A model generated the notes under the pieces. That model was given only the letters and a program-made list of their open reading frames with translations. It had not been told where the DNA came from and did not search any database. Positions 1 through 8,864 of a stretch of 64,000 nt of DNA are shown here, piece by piece. The position numbers and the translations under genes are program-made. Each line of letters starts with the position of its first letter. Positions within the stretch are counted from its first letter, which is position 1. This stretch comes from an uncultured virus (IMG/VR IMGVR_UViG_2690315711_000004) (taxonomy: Duplodnaviria; Heunggongvirae; Uroviricota; Caudoviricetes): the IMG/VR virus record IMGVR_UViG_2690315711_000004, one strand, 5' to 3'.

Positions 1-1128
1 TTAAATCACGATTTTTATCCAATCTTTCCCTCGATCATCATGGTATTTATCCGTTTGAATTTGGTTTTTATGACCTAGTAAATCTTTAGTGTTTATACCT
101 TGTGCTCGATATAACCTTTCAGATAAAGAGCGCTGTTCATGAAATGTTGCAGGCGTTCCTTCTCCCCAATCAATATCCGTTTTATTTCTCGCCTTTTTAA
201 AGTTAGTCGTTAGCGTATTTGCAGTAACTTGATCACCACGTTTAGATTGTGAAGTGGTATGAAAATAATGAATAAGATAAGGGCTAATAACGCGATCACG
301 ACAACGAGCAACAACTTCACGTAATGACATATTTAATTGTTCAGAACGTAGTGATAATGGAATAGCTAATTTGGTGCCAGTTTTTTCTTGGATAATATGT
401 AAATGATCATCCCAAATATCACTAAACTTCATTGCCGAGATATCACCTAATCGTTGGCCTGTAATAAGTGCAAGCAACATGGCATTGCCCATATAACGAT
501 GTTGTTTGTCAGCAATCTCAAATATCTTTTTCCATTCATCAAAATTAAGGCGTTGGCGAGTTACTTTTCGTTTCGGTTGTTTAGTGGCGAGGGCAGGGTT
601 ATAACCAGGAGGAACTTCACCTGCATGTTGTGCTTCTTTAAATACATCAATTAAAACAGAACGAATAACTTGTGCCATTCTGTGCTGGCCATTAGATTTA
701 TATTCATCAAGGATCCCAGCAATATCTCTGGCATCAACTGCGGGTAATGGTTTCATGGATAAGGCTTGCCTCATTAAATCGACTGGCTTCCTTTTTTGTT
801 TATAGGTATTTGGCTTTATATCACCTTCTTTTAAACGCTCTTCTTGAATAGCCCAGTATTTATCTAACCAAGTATTAACCGTGATTTCTTTACCTTTAAT
901 TTTTGCCACTCGATCACTAATAGCCATAACTTGTCGGCTTCGTTGTTCTGCTAATCTTGTATTAGCTTCAATGGCTATTGCTTTCGCCTCGGCTTCATTG
1001 TCACCGAGGGCATGATATTTACCTGTTACAGGATGGCGATAACGCCAATAAACCTTGCTGGATTTACGACTAAGTAATGGGTAAAGATTAGGAATATTGA
1101 CGTTATTTTTACGAGGTCTGGCAGCCAT
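1..1128 (-). CDS. int: Tyrosine integrase, e14 IntE-like
   Basis: N-terminal arm-binding region MAARPRKNN..YWRYRHPVTGK; catalytic TGQR, HEQR, LLGH..Y motifs. Confidence 0.95.
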   Translation of the reverse strand: MAARPRKNNVNIPNLYPLLSRKSSKVYWRYRHPVTGKYHALGDNEAEAKAIAIEANTRLAEQRSRQVMAISDRVAKIKGKEITVNTWLDKYWAIQEERLKEGDIKPNTYKQKRKPVDLMRQALSMKPLPAVDARDIAGILDEYKSNGQHRMAQVIRSVLIDVFKEAQHAGEVPPGYNPALATKQPKRKVTRQRLNFDEWKKIFEIADKQHRYMGNAMLLALITGQRLGDISAMKFSDIWDDHLHIIQEKTGTKLAIPLSLRSEQLNMSLREVVARCRDRVISPYLIHYFHTTSQSKRGDQVTANTLTTNFKKARNKTDIDWGEGTPATFHEQRSLSERLYRAQGINTKDLLGHKNQIQTDKYHDDRGKDWIKIVI

Positions 1129-1351
1129 CTTTGAGGATCCTCTGTAAAATAAGGTTATCGTTGTTATTGATAACCGGTGATGTCAAATTACCGACAAGGT
1201 CGGCATCTTCTCTCACGCGCCAAATGCCACCTTCTTTCCTTGCTGGTGGGTAGAACAGGCCACCACGAGCATATCGTTGTAGCGTTCCTAACTTTGGTGG
1301 ACGACTTTTATATCTTTCTTGCGCCCACTCCTCTAAAGTCAACATTTGCAT
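1109..1351 (-). CDS. xis: Excisionase
   Basis: LTLEEWA...YARGGLFYPPARKEGGIWRV lambda-Xis-like pattern; overlaps int start; ATG at 1351 follows GGAG. Confidence 0.85.
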   Translation of the reverse strand: MQMLTLEEWAQERYKSRPPKLGTLQRYARGGLFYPPARKEGGIWRVREDADLVGNLTSPVINNNDNLILQRILKDGCQTS

Positions 1352-1412
1352 ATTTTTCTCTCCACACTGTCCGTACACAGTTTAAATAGATATTAGTCAA
1401 TGCTGGTGGTTA

Positions 1413-1943
1413 TTAGCCCTTTTTCTCTTTATAAAGTTCATTAAAACGGCGTAAGAATAGGGATTTTGCTTGTCGAGGGGTTAGCGGGGTGACAGCAAAA
1501 TCGCTAGCTGGAATACCTTCAAGCATTAACCAGTTACTACCTGCATCAATGTCTAAATCACGCTTTTCTGTGGCTAACATCACTAGGTCTGCAAAATGGA
1601 CTTCATCAGATATATTTTCAGGTAACCCAAACTTTTTGCGGATCATTTTTTCCACACGCAATTCAATTAATTTATATTCAGGCAATAACTTTTTAAGTGG
1701 TGACGGTAGGTCTTTGACATAAGCTTCACTGGCATCATGAAGTAGGGCCTCTAAAGCAAATTCAGGTGCAACTAAATAACTTGCATATACAGAATGCTGA
1801 GCAACAGAATAGAAATTATCAATCTGTCCATTAAAGCGACACTCATTAGCTAAACCTGTCGCAATATCTTGAATGTCTATATCTTCGATCCGTACATCTA
1901 GGTAATAGAAATGTTTATTTGTTGCTGTTGCAATATAAGACAT
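1413..1943 (-). CDS. HD-domain 5'-deoxynucleotidase, YfdR-like
   Basis: RFNG..FYSVAQHS and LLHDASEAY motifs. Confidence 0.85.
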   Translation of the reverse strand: MSYIATATNKHFYYLDVRIEDIDIQDIATGLANECRFNGQIDNFYSVAQHSVYASYLVAPEFALEALLHDASEAYVKDLPSPLKKLLPEYKLIELRVEKMIRKKFGLPENISDEVHFADLVMLATEKRDLDIDAGSNWLMLEGIPASDFAVTPLTPRQAKSLFLRRFNELYKEKKG

Positions 1944-1999
1944 TATTCTCTCCACACAATTTATAAATGCCACCAAGTTAGTGGCATTTGTGCGATTAA

Positions 2000-2827
2000 T
2001 TACGCTGAAAATTTACCAATGAATGTTTCGATTTTGCTTTCATCGAATTCATTGCAAAGCATATCTCGAAACTCTTGAGCGATTTGTTCTTCAAGTTTTT
2101 CAAGTTGAATGATTCGAAGAACTAAAACGGGAATATCATCACCAGTGAGTACGCTATAACGTAATTTAATGCTACGTTCTTTTAATTCGTCATAAGGAGT
2201 ACAAGTAAACTGGAATGTAGCAGGCATAATGTCTTTGCTTCTTGCTTCAACATTTTCTAACACTGAGCGTTTAGCACTAAAATCAGCATCTTCATGTTCA
2301 GCAGAGCGTGTTGATTCAATCGTAATACGACGAACAGCAGAAATAGCTTGTTTGATATCTAAAACATTACCGTCAGCATCAAATGCCATTAAATAATCGT
2401 GCCAATCTTCTAACCACTCGGCTAATTGTTTTTGACGATATTTAACACCATCCATTTTTAATAATGCTGTGAATGGGGCGGTTTGTTTTAATTTCACAAT
2501 AGCAGTGTTATCAGCATGACCTGCTTTACCTATTGTGCCGAGATTAAAAATAGTTTCGGCACTCATTTCATCGGCATCAATAAAGCAGCTAACACCTTCA
2601 TCAATTGCATTCTTGATTGAGTATTTAACAAAGTCGCTGATACTGGTTGTTTTCATTTCCCCGCGAAAACGGAAACGACCTTCTTGTAAATTTTCTAAAC
2701 TACTTACTTTAAAGTCATTCGGAAGCACAATCGCTGGACAAAGAGATTTTTCTATTGCTTCGAGGCTTAATGAAGCCACGGTCATATCTTGAATTTGCGA
2801 AATAGCATTACCGTCTAATTGAGACAT
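2000..2827 (-). CDS. YfdQ/DUF2303 family phage protein
   Basis: MSQLD..AI..I start, RFRFRG motif; close homolog at 56655-57482. Confidence 0.8.
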   Translation of the reverse strand: MSQLDGNAISQIQDMTVASLSLEAIEKSLCPAIVLPNDFKVSSLENLQEGRFRFRGEMKTTSISDFVKYSIKNAIDEGVSCFIDADEMSAETIFNLGTIGKAGHADNTAIVKLKQTAPFTALLKMDGVKYRQKQLAEWLEDWHDYLMAFDADGNVLDIKQAISAVRRITIESTRSAEHEDADFSAKRSVLENVEARSKDIMPATFQFTCTPYDELKERSIKLRYSVLTGDDIPVLVLRIIQLEKLEEQIAQEFRDMLCNEFDESKIETFIGKFSA

Positions 2828-2892
2828 GAGTAGACTCCTACTTATTTAAAAGTATTAAATTAAATGGATAGGTTTAATTAAAAATAAGAAAA

Positions 2893-3267
2893 CTAATTAA
2901 TGGCTTTTAATTTACCATCGGGCTGACCTTGTAAAGAAAATAATTGACCTTGATCTTCTTGCATAATGGTCAACTTGCCGCCTTTACCCACGTACATAGG
3001 TGTTTTGGTGGTATCTTCCTCAGTCCGTTTTCCTCTAGGTGTTGGTGCAGAGAATTTAAGCTTATGAGTTATTTCAACTCGTTTTTCTTCCATTGAATTA
3101 CTAAGGCGAGCAAAATCTAATTCAATAGTGACTTTGCCTTTTCCACCATTATTTAAAACGCCTAAAGCCACATCATTTAAAACAGCAGAGACTTTATTTT
3201 CAAAAACGCCAGCATCTAATTCAGAAAGAAAGTCAGGGACATTTGTCTTACGATCTTCTTGGCTCAT
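2893..3267 (-). CDS. YfdP-like phage protein
   Basis: TNVPDFLSELDAGVFENK..TPMYVGKGG; precedes yfdQ-like gene; near-identical copy at 57548-57922. Confidence 0.75.
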   Translation of the reverse strand: MSQEDRKTNVPDFLSELDAGVFENKVSAVLNDVALGVLNNGGKGKVTIELDFARLSNSMEEKRVEITHKLKFSAPTPRGKRTEEDTTKTPMYVGKGGKLTIMQEDQGQLFSLQGQPDGKLKAIN

Positions 3268-3604
3268 TTCTATAACCTCATGTTATCTCTTCACACAATA
3301 AGAAAGGGCACTAGCGAGTTGATACAACCCGGATAAGACATTTCACAAGTAATATTAGTACCCTTACTTATTGTTAGAGTCATAATCAAAAAGAGTGGAC
3401 CACCTGTGGTTGCATCAGCCCGATTGGGATTCGGATTTCTAGCTGACTGCGGGTTACTTTTTTTCACGCCCACGCTCTTTGGTTATAAAACTAACTTTAT
3501 AAAAATGGCTGACTGAGCAGAACATTATCACCACAACCCCTTTTAATGGTAAAAGACTCAGTCAGCCATTGTTTCTCTTCACGCGTTCTCTTCACACATA
3601 AAAA

Positions 3605-3808
3605 TCATTTACTTTGTATCTGAATAGCGCTTTTACTGATGTACTCTGCTATTTCGGCATCTAGCTTTTTTACATCGCTCATTAGTCTTTCTCGCTTACC
3701 GTGTAAAACAGGGAGATAATCTATGCACTGCAACTTGCCCCTCATCCACTTTGCGATATCTTCGTTAGTGAAACCATCTGGCGCTATGATTTTTGGTTCA
3801 GTTGTCAT
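3605..3808 (-). CDS. Hypothetical first pL gene
   Basis: 67-aa ORF with GGAG RBS; homolog at 58259-58462. Confidence 0.65.
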   Translation of the reverse strand: MTTEPKIIAPDGFTNEDIAKWMRGKLQCIDYLPVLHGKRERLMSDVKKLDAEIAEYISKSAIQIQSK

Positions 3809-3868
3809 GATATCTCCCGTAATTCAATTCATTTTTCATCAACGGTTGTTATCTTATAGATTTAGTAT

Positions 3869-3898
3869 ATGCATAACACGCAAATGCGTCAAGCGCAT
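3869..3898. promoter_or_regulatory. OL operators of prophage 1 (two 15-bp sites)
   Basis: ATGCATAACACGCAA and ATGCGTCAAGCGCAT resemble the OR palindrome ATGCGTATAACGCAT. Confidence 0.7.
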
Positions 3899-4010
3899 AT
3901 ATTATTTTTATCAAAATAGAACGGACGGGTTTTATCCGTTTGACTTTTATTTATGTCTTTAAAAATCTCAGATTGGAATGCAGATCACTTCTTTGGAGGG
4001 GAGGGAGCAT

Positions 4011-4035
4011 AAAAAAAGCCCTCGCGGGGAGGGCT
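4011..4035 (-). terminator. Intrinsic terminator after the cI-kinase-HIRAN genes
   Basis: AGCCCTC..GAGGGCT stem followed by T7 on the minus strand. Confidence 0.75.
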
Positions 4036-4058
4036 CGTGGGGTGTTCTGATTATTGCA

Positions 4059-4802
4059 TTACTCAACAATTGGCATATATGCTACGTTGCTTTTAATTGC
4101 GTTTAATGTGCTATCGCTTGCCTCTCCAGTTAGCTTGCATAGTAATTTGTAGTTTGTAGGAGCATCCTCACTCAATTGTTCTACAGTTACTTTAATTGTC
4201 CCTAACGGATCGTTTAGCATCAGTGAGATATCTTTATTCAGAAATCTAGGGCAGTAACCAATTAGCTCCATTGGATTCATAGCTGACACCGCGATTGCGT
4301 AGTTATCATGTTCATTTTGTGGATCTGGCAATAGCCTTAATTCATCACCTTTCCTTAAGGAATTAACTCGGTTTTCTGCTGACTCACTAAAATGTTTGAG
4401 TCCATGAACAAAAAAATAAACCTCTACCTTCCCATTTTCATTTGGATCGATTTTTTTAAACACTTGCAGTTGGTCTGTCGCCCTAATCCCGCCACTTCTT
4501 GCCAAAACCTCCATTGGTGAGGCATTGTCATTATTCAATCCTAACCACTTAATGAAAAATGGATATTCTGGCCTTCTGCTGGATAGCAATCTATTCTTAA
4601 ATAAAGGAAAAAGCTCTTCTGAAATATAAATCTTATCTAGCTCTAGCATTCCACTAAAGGGGTTGAAGTTTTTAGCTTCATAGACTCCCTTAGTATAATT
4701 AAAAGCATACCCTGATTGATGTTCTTGTAGTCTTCCTACAACATGCCACCCTCTAGATTCAGGGCATTGCCACGCAACATATACAGAGTTACTCATGTTC
4801 AT
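4059..4802 (-). CDS. HipA-N/HipS-like plus HIRAN domain protein
   Basis: N-terminal VGRL..YAFNY...LFPLFKNRL resembles the HipA N-subdomain; C-terminal LRLLPDPQNEHDNYAIAV..IGYCPR is HIRAN-like. Confidence 0.8.
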   Translation of the reverse strand: MNMSNSVYVAWQCPESRGWHVVGRLQEHQSGYAFNYTKGVYEAKNFNPFSGMLELDKIYISEELFPLFKNRLLSSRRPEYPFFIKWLGLNNDNASPMEVLARSGGIRATDQLQVFKKIDPNENGKVEVYFFVHGLKHFSESAENRVNSLRKGDELRLLPDPQNEHDNYAIAVSAMNPMELIGYCPRFLNKDISLMLNDPLGTIKVTVEQLSEDAPTNYKLLCKLTGEASDSTLNAIKSNVAYMPIVE

Positions 4803-5775
4803 CTCCTAAGAAAAACTGCTTCAACAGCCTTTTTCTATTTTCTTTTACCATCTCAAATGCAAATTTTCTAGAAACTTCAGAAATGCATTTTTCATCTAAT
4901 CTAGCAAAAATATCTTTTAGGCATTCATCATTTAGGTCATGTAGCTTTGATATCCAAAAGTTCATTACCTCTTTTCGTGTTTTTACTGCCTCTTCGAATG
5001 CTTCAATGGTAAGTAATCTTTTAGTATCTTTTTGTGTTCTAAATAACTCAGACCTCGCCTTGGTTACAAATTTAGATATAGAACGGTTTATATCTTTAGT
5101 ATTAAGTCGTTCATTTTTTTCTCTATCTGTCATTTCTCTTCCTAGGCTAGCTGCATGATCGTATGTTGGGCAAAGGTATCTTTTACCCGACTGGTCATCT
5201 TGCATAATTGCCCAGTTTTCATGGTGCCTATCTTGATTACTAATTAACACATCAAGCATCAAATAACCACAGAAAACATCACCAGAAGTTAACCCTGAAA
5301 TGTCATAATTATGAAATATAGGTGGTAATATCTTGTTTTCCAAACAAGATAATACTCTAGTAACTGTATGTTCTCTTACCCTAACTTGCTTTTCAACATC
5401 AGATACTGGTTTTGGGTATCCGGGGGTATGATTATGAAGAACTTCGTTACCCATAACCATTCTGAAATTATGAGGAATAAAATTTGGTGATATCACCCCC
5501 CATCTATCTCCACACAACCCTATATCGTATGTAGCATGCGGAATTCCAAGTACTTTACAGATCTCTTCCGCGCACTTTTCAGACCAATGCTCACCAGTGA
5601 CGCTTTTTGTGTACTTAAATAAGTATTTGTTATTTTTATAAGTAAACCAAAATTTCTCTTTTGTACCTAATTGTTCTAATGAGTCTGGAGATGTATTTAT
5701 TTTAATAATTGCAAATTTATCCATATTAAAACGATTCCTATTAATCATTAGAATTTTTAGGTTAATACTACCCAC
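4789..5775 (-). CDS. HipA-family Ser/Thr kinase (probable start 5724, MDKF)
   Basis: LGTKEK loop, YLFK, catalytic NQDRHHENW and PTYDH motifs. Confidence 0.88.
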   Translation of the reverse strand: MGSINLKILMINRNRFNMDKFAIIKINTSPDSLEQLGTKEKFWFTYKNNKYLFKYTKSVTGEHWSEKCAEEICKVLGIPHATYDIGLCGDRWGVISPNFIPHNFRMVMGNEVLHNHTPGYPKPVSDVEKQVRVREHTVTRVLSCLENKILPPIFHNYDISGLTSGDVFCGYLMLDVLISNQDRHHENWAIMQDDQSGKRYLCPTYDHAASLGREMTDREKNERLNTKDINRSISKFVTKARSELFRTQKDTKRLLTIEAFEEAVKTRKEVMNFWISKLHDLNDECLKDIFARLDEKCISEVSRKFAFEMVKENRKRLLKQFFLGDEHE

Positions 5776-5805
5776 ACCCTAAAACGTGTCGTCAGGCCAT
5801 TGTGA

Positions 5806-6480
5806 CTAGTCAATCAATGGTGGAACAAGGGTTAGTTTTGTTTCACTTTCGCATTTATCAATATATTTTGTAGGCTTAACGATAGCTGATACATAATGCA
5901 TAGTATCAACTTGGCCTGGAGATAAAGTTATTGGCTTATGTGAGTTATTGATGCTGGTAAACTGGTAGTCACCATCTCTTGTCTTGTTGAAGATCTTAAT
6001 CATATTGTGTCCTTCAACGGTGCGAACAAATACTTCATCACCAGATCTGACATTGGTGTTTGGTTCAACGACAACAAATTCACCAGATTGAATGCGTGGC
6101 CACATACTGTCGCCTTTAACTTTTAGGCCGTATGCATCAGCATCGTCACTATATATTTTTAGCCAGCCGTTGTGGTCCTCAATCATATCAACAGCGCCAT
6201 CAACACCCAAGAACGCCTCACCTCGAACTTGAACTAAACCAGAAGGTATCTTACCAATCAGTTCTATTCTATCTGGCTCTGGTGAATTTTCAGTAAATAA
6301 ATCAGCAACAGATACGCCTAGTGCTTCAGCTATCTTTACTAAAGTGTTTTCTGTGTAGCCTTGTATATTTCTTTCAAGGCGAGAAATGTTACCCACATCG
6401 CTATTAATAGCGGTGGCCAGCTGAAGGATTGTTAATCCTTTTTTCTTTCTTAGTTCTCTAATTCTTGTTCCTATTTTCAT
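5806..6480 (-). CDS. cI: CI-like repressor (HTH plus S24 peptidase)
   Basis: N-terminal XRE HTH; VKGDSMWP and IK catalytic motifs; divergent from cro. Confidence 0.92.
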   Translation of the reverse strand: MKIGTRIRELRKKKGLTILQLATAINSDVGNISRLERNIQGYTENTLVKIAEALGVSVADLFTENSPEPDRIELIGKIPSGLVQVRGEAFLGVDGAVDMIEDHNGWLKIYSDDADAYGLKVKGDSMWPRIQSGEFVVVEPNTNVRSGDEVFVRTVEGHNMIKIFNKTRDGDYQFTSINNSHKPITLSPGQVDTMHYVSAIVKPTKYIDKCESETKLTLVPPLID

Positions 6481-6500
6481 TCCTCAATTCAACTTTATTT

Positions 6501-6562
6501 ATGCGTACAACACAAAGCGTGTTGCGCATATTTGATTCTATGATAATATGCGTATAACGCAT
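6501..6562. promoter_or_regulatory. OR operators of prophage 1 (three 15-bp sites)
   Basis: ATGCGTACAACACAA 6501, AAGCGTGTTGCGCAT 6515, palindromic ATGCGTATAACGCAT 6548 between cI and cro. Confidence 0.75.
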
Positions 6563-6576
6563 TCAAGGGGGGCTAT

Positions 6577-6804
6577 ATGCAAACACCATTAAGGAAAATT
6601 CGGGTAGAGCTAAACCTAACAATTTCAGAAGTGGCTAATGCCATTAATTGTGATGTAGGAAATCTTTCACGATTAGAAAGAGGTATTCAAACAGCTTCTT
6701 TGGAACTGGCTGAAAAATTAACAGCTTTTTATCGAGGAAAAATAACTGAGTTAGAGATCTTATACCCACATCGTTATCAGCAACAAAATAGCAAAACAGT
6801 TTAA
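6577..6804 (+). CDS. cro: Cro-like HTH regulator
   Basis: Small HTH; recognition helix DVGNLSRLERG nearly matches CI DVGNISRLERN. Confidence 0.88.
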   Translation: MQTPLRKIRVELNLTISEVANAINCDVGNLSRLERGIQTASLELAEKLTAFYRGKITELEILYPHRYQQQNSKTV

Positions 6805-6842
6805 AGCAGTTAACTACAAGAATCTATCAATGGTGGTAGGAA

Positions 6843-7301
6843 ATGAGTTGTCAATCAATAAAACAGGTAGTGAAAGCGATGTGTGAGGCGACAGCTGGTG
6901 GACGTGAAGCAATGGCTGGTGCGCTCGGTCTGTCTTTAACATCATTCAATAACAAGCTTTATGAGAAAAACGGTTGTCGTTCATTTGATTTAAATGAGTT
7001 GTTAGCGATGCAAGATATTTCTAAAACCGTTTTGTTTGCTGAGTTTGTTGCTCGTGAATCCAATCGCTTGTTAGTGGATAGAGTCAATCCAGCTGAACTA
7101 GACACAACCGAGTTATTCACATTACGCAGCAATGTTGATGAAATGCAAGGGCATTTAGCGTTACTGATGAAAAATAGTTTGGCTGATGGTGTTATTGATA
7201 ACGAAGAAGAGCAGAAAATAAAAATGATGCTGGATGGATTAATTTCGCAGATCCGCACATTTATGAATGCGTTTGTTTCGTTGCATCAAAAGAGAAATTA
7301 A
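6843..7301 (+). CDS. YmfL/CII-like regulatory protein
   Basis: GGREAMAGALG..FNNKLYEKNGCR pattern; position after cro. Confidence 0.8.
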   Translation: MSCQSIKQVVKAMCEATAGGREAMAGALGLSLTSFNNKLYEKNGCRSFDLNELLAMQDISKTVLFAEFVARESNRLLVDRVNPAELDTTELFTLRSNVDEMQGHLALLMKNSLADGVIDNEEEQKIKMMLDGLISQIRTFMNAFVSLHQKRN

Positions 7302-7390
7302 AGATGGCTATATCCAGAAAGGGTGAAGCCAAAGGTGTACGGCCTCTGGCTTCGGTTTGCCAAATTTCAATTGTGTGAAGAGAAATTAGC

Positions 7391-7600
7391 ATGAGTAGAT
7401 TAGCGCATTTAGTACCTAAAAAGCAATTCCGGTGTTTACCTGTCTCAGGTCGTCAGTCATTTCGCTATGTAGAAATCATAGTCTCTGACAAACAACCAGA
7501 CAACTACAAGAAACCTGCATGTTTGGTAGATAGGCAGGCTCTTAAAAAGGCGTGGACTGATTTTTATTTTTCAAGTGGAGGGCGGGGCAATGAGCAATGA
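7391..7600 (+). CDS. Hypothetical phage protein
   Basis: Conserved in prophage 2 (60210-60419). Confidence 0.6.
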   Translation: MSRLAHLVPKKQFRCLPVSGRQSFRYVEIIVSDKQPDNYKKPACLVDRQALKKAWTDFYFSSGGRGNEQ

Positions 7601-7760
7601 GAACCCAAACCAACTTAATCGCTACTACAAAAATCACCGAGGTGTTGTTGTTCGTTATGACAGAGAAAAACAGCGCGTTATTTTTATGCTTGATGGTTGT
7701 GACGACCCACAGTGTGAACCTGTACAGCGTTTTAAAGAGAAGTACACAGGTATTAAGTAA
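7590..7760 (+). CDS. DUF4222-like small phage protein
   Basis: YKNHRG.V.RYD..RVIF pattern; homolog at 60409-60588 (this copy lacks 3 codons). Confidence 0.65.
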   Translation: MSNENPNQLNRYYKNHRGVVVRYDREKQRVIFMLDGCDDPQCEPVQRFKEKYTGIK

Positions 7761-7772
7761 TGAGGTGGCAAG

Positions 7773-8864
7773 ATGAGTTTATTATTACTAAAAAGTCGCC
7801 CTTTAGTCGTTATTCCTGAGTTAGCGGTACGTCTTGGTTTAAATGAGGCGATGCTGTTACAGCAAATTCAATATTGGTTAACTGAAACTACTTCAGGTGT
7901 TGAATATGACGGCTCACGCTGGATTTATAACACCGTTGAGGAGTGGAAGGAGCAATTTCCTTTTTTCTCTGAATCAACGATTAAACGCGCTTTTGCTAAT
8001 TTGAAAAAGCAGGGTGTTTTACGCATCGAGCAAATTAATAAATCGAACCATGACCGCACTAATTATTATGCGATTAATTACGATCACCACTTGCTAACCG
8101 ATGAGGTCAATATGACCCAATCGAACAGTGATAATTCATCTAATCGAATAGTTCAAAATGACCTTATCGATAAGCGCAAATTGAAACCGTCAAACAGTTC
8201 AAAATGCGCTGTTCTGAACAGGTCAAAATGGCCTGATCTTACAGAGAATACAACAGAGATTACTTCAGAGAGTACAACAGAAACAGATCATTCGTCGCAG
8301 AATTCTGACGAATCCAGCGACCAGCCGAAAAATGATTTTTTAACTCGTTATCCTGAAGCAGTGATTTACAGCGCTAACTTCCAAAAATGGGGCGATGAAG
8401 GTGATTTAAAAACGGCGAAATGGATGTTTGGTCGTGTTAAAAAACTAAATCCATCTGCGCTAGAGCCTACTTGGTATGACTGGGCGAACGATATTCGTTT
8501 GATGCGTCAAATCGATGGGCGTACCCATGAGCAAATTTGTGCCTTGTTCGATTGGGCCAACAAAGACTCATTCTGGTACCAAAACATTTTAAGTCCTCGT
8601 AAGTTACGTAAACACTTTGATGAACTATTCGTTCGTAGTCAAAAGCCAAAGGATGAGCTAAAGGTTCAAGTTGACACCGTTGAACGTGATAGTGCCTTTT
8701 CCCGCTTGATTGGCTCTCGGTCTAAACCTAAAAACCGCATTGAAGAAATTGCACTTGAGCTAGCAGGTAAAACAGGCATTCGTCGTATGAGTGAGTTTTC
8801 AGGTCGCCAAGCATGGAACAGCATTTGGAAGCAAGCGATAGAAATGTTACAGGAGACTCAGTAA
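7773..8864 (+). CDS. Replication initiator (O-like)
   Basis: N-terminal wHTH (LGLNEAMLLQQIQYW, WIYNT), internal iterons, C-terminal FW..NILSP.KLRK motif. Confidence 0.88.
   Translation: MSLLLLKSRPLVVIPELAVRLGLNEAMLLQQIQYWLTETTSGVEYDGSRWIYNTVEEWKEQFPFFSESTIKRAFANLKKQGVLRIEQINKSNHDRTNYYAINYDHHLLTDEVNMTQSNSDNSSNRIVQNDLIDKRKLKPSNSSKCAVLNRSKWPDLTENTTEITSESTTETDHSSQNSDESSDQPKNDFLTRYPEAVIYSANFQKWGDEGDLKTAKWMFGRVKKLNPSALEPTWYDWANDIRLMRQIDGRTHEQICALFDWANKDSFWYQNILSPRKLRKHFDELFVRSQKPKDELKVQVDTVERDSAFSRLIGSRSKPKNRIEEIALELAGKTGIRRMSEFSGRQAWNSIWKQAIEMLQETQ
8104..8285. repeat. Replication origin iterons inside the O-like gene
   Basis: Repeated (G/T)TCAAAATG-type units followed by 12-bp ACAGAGA(A/T/G)TAC repeats at 8241-8283; same block in prophage 2 (~60932-61112). 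Confidence 0.7.

Noticed and set aside
3291..3473. 60-aa ORF in the pL region
   Set aside because: The prophage 2 copy has a 1-nt indel in the 5' half and mostly non-synonymous changes in the rest; a 30-aa ORF from MTLTISK cannot be excluded
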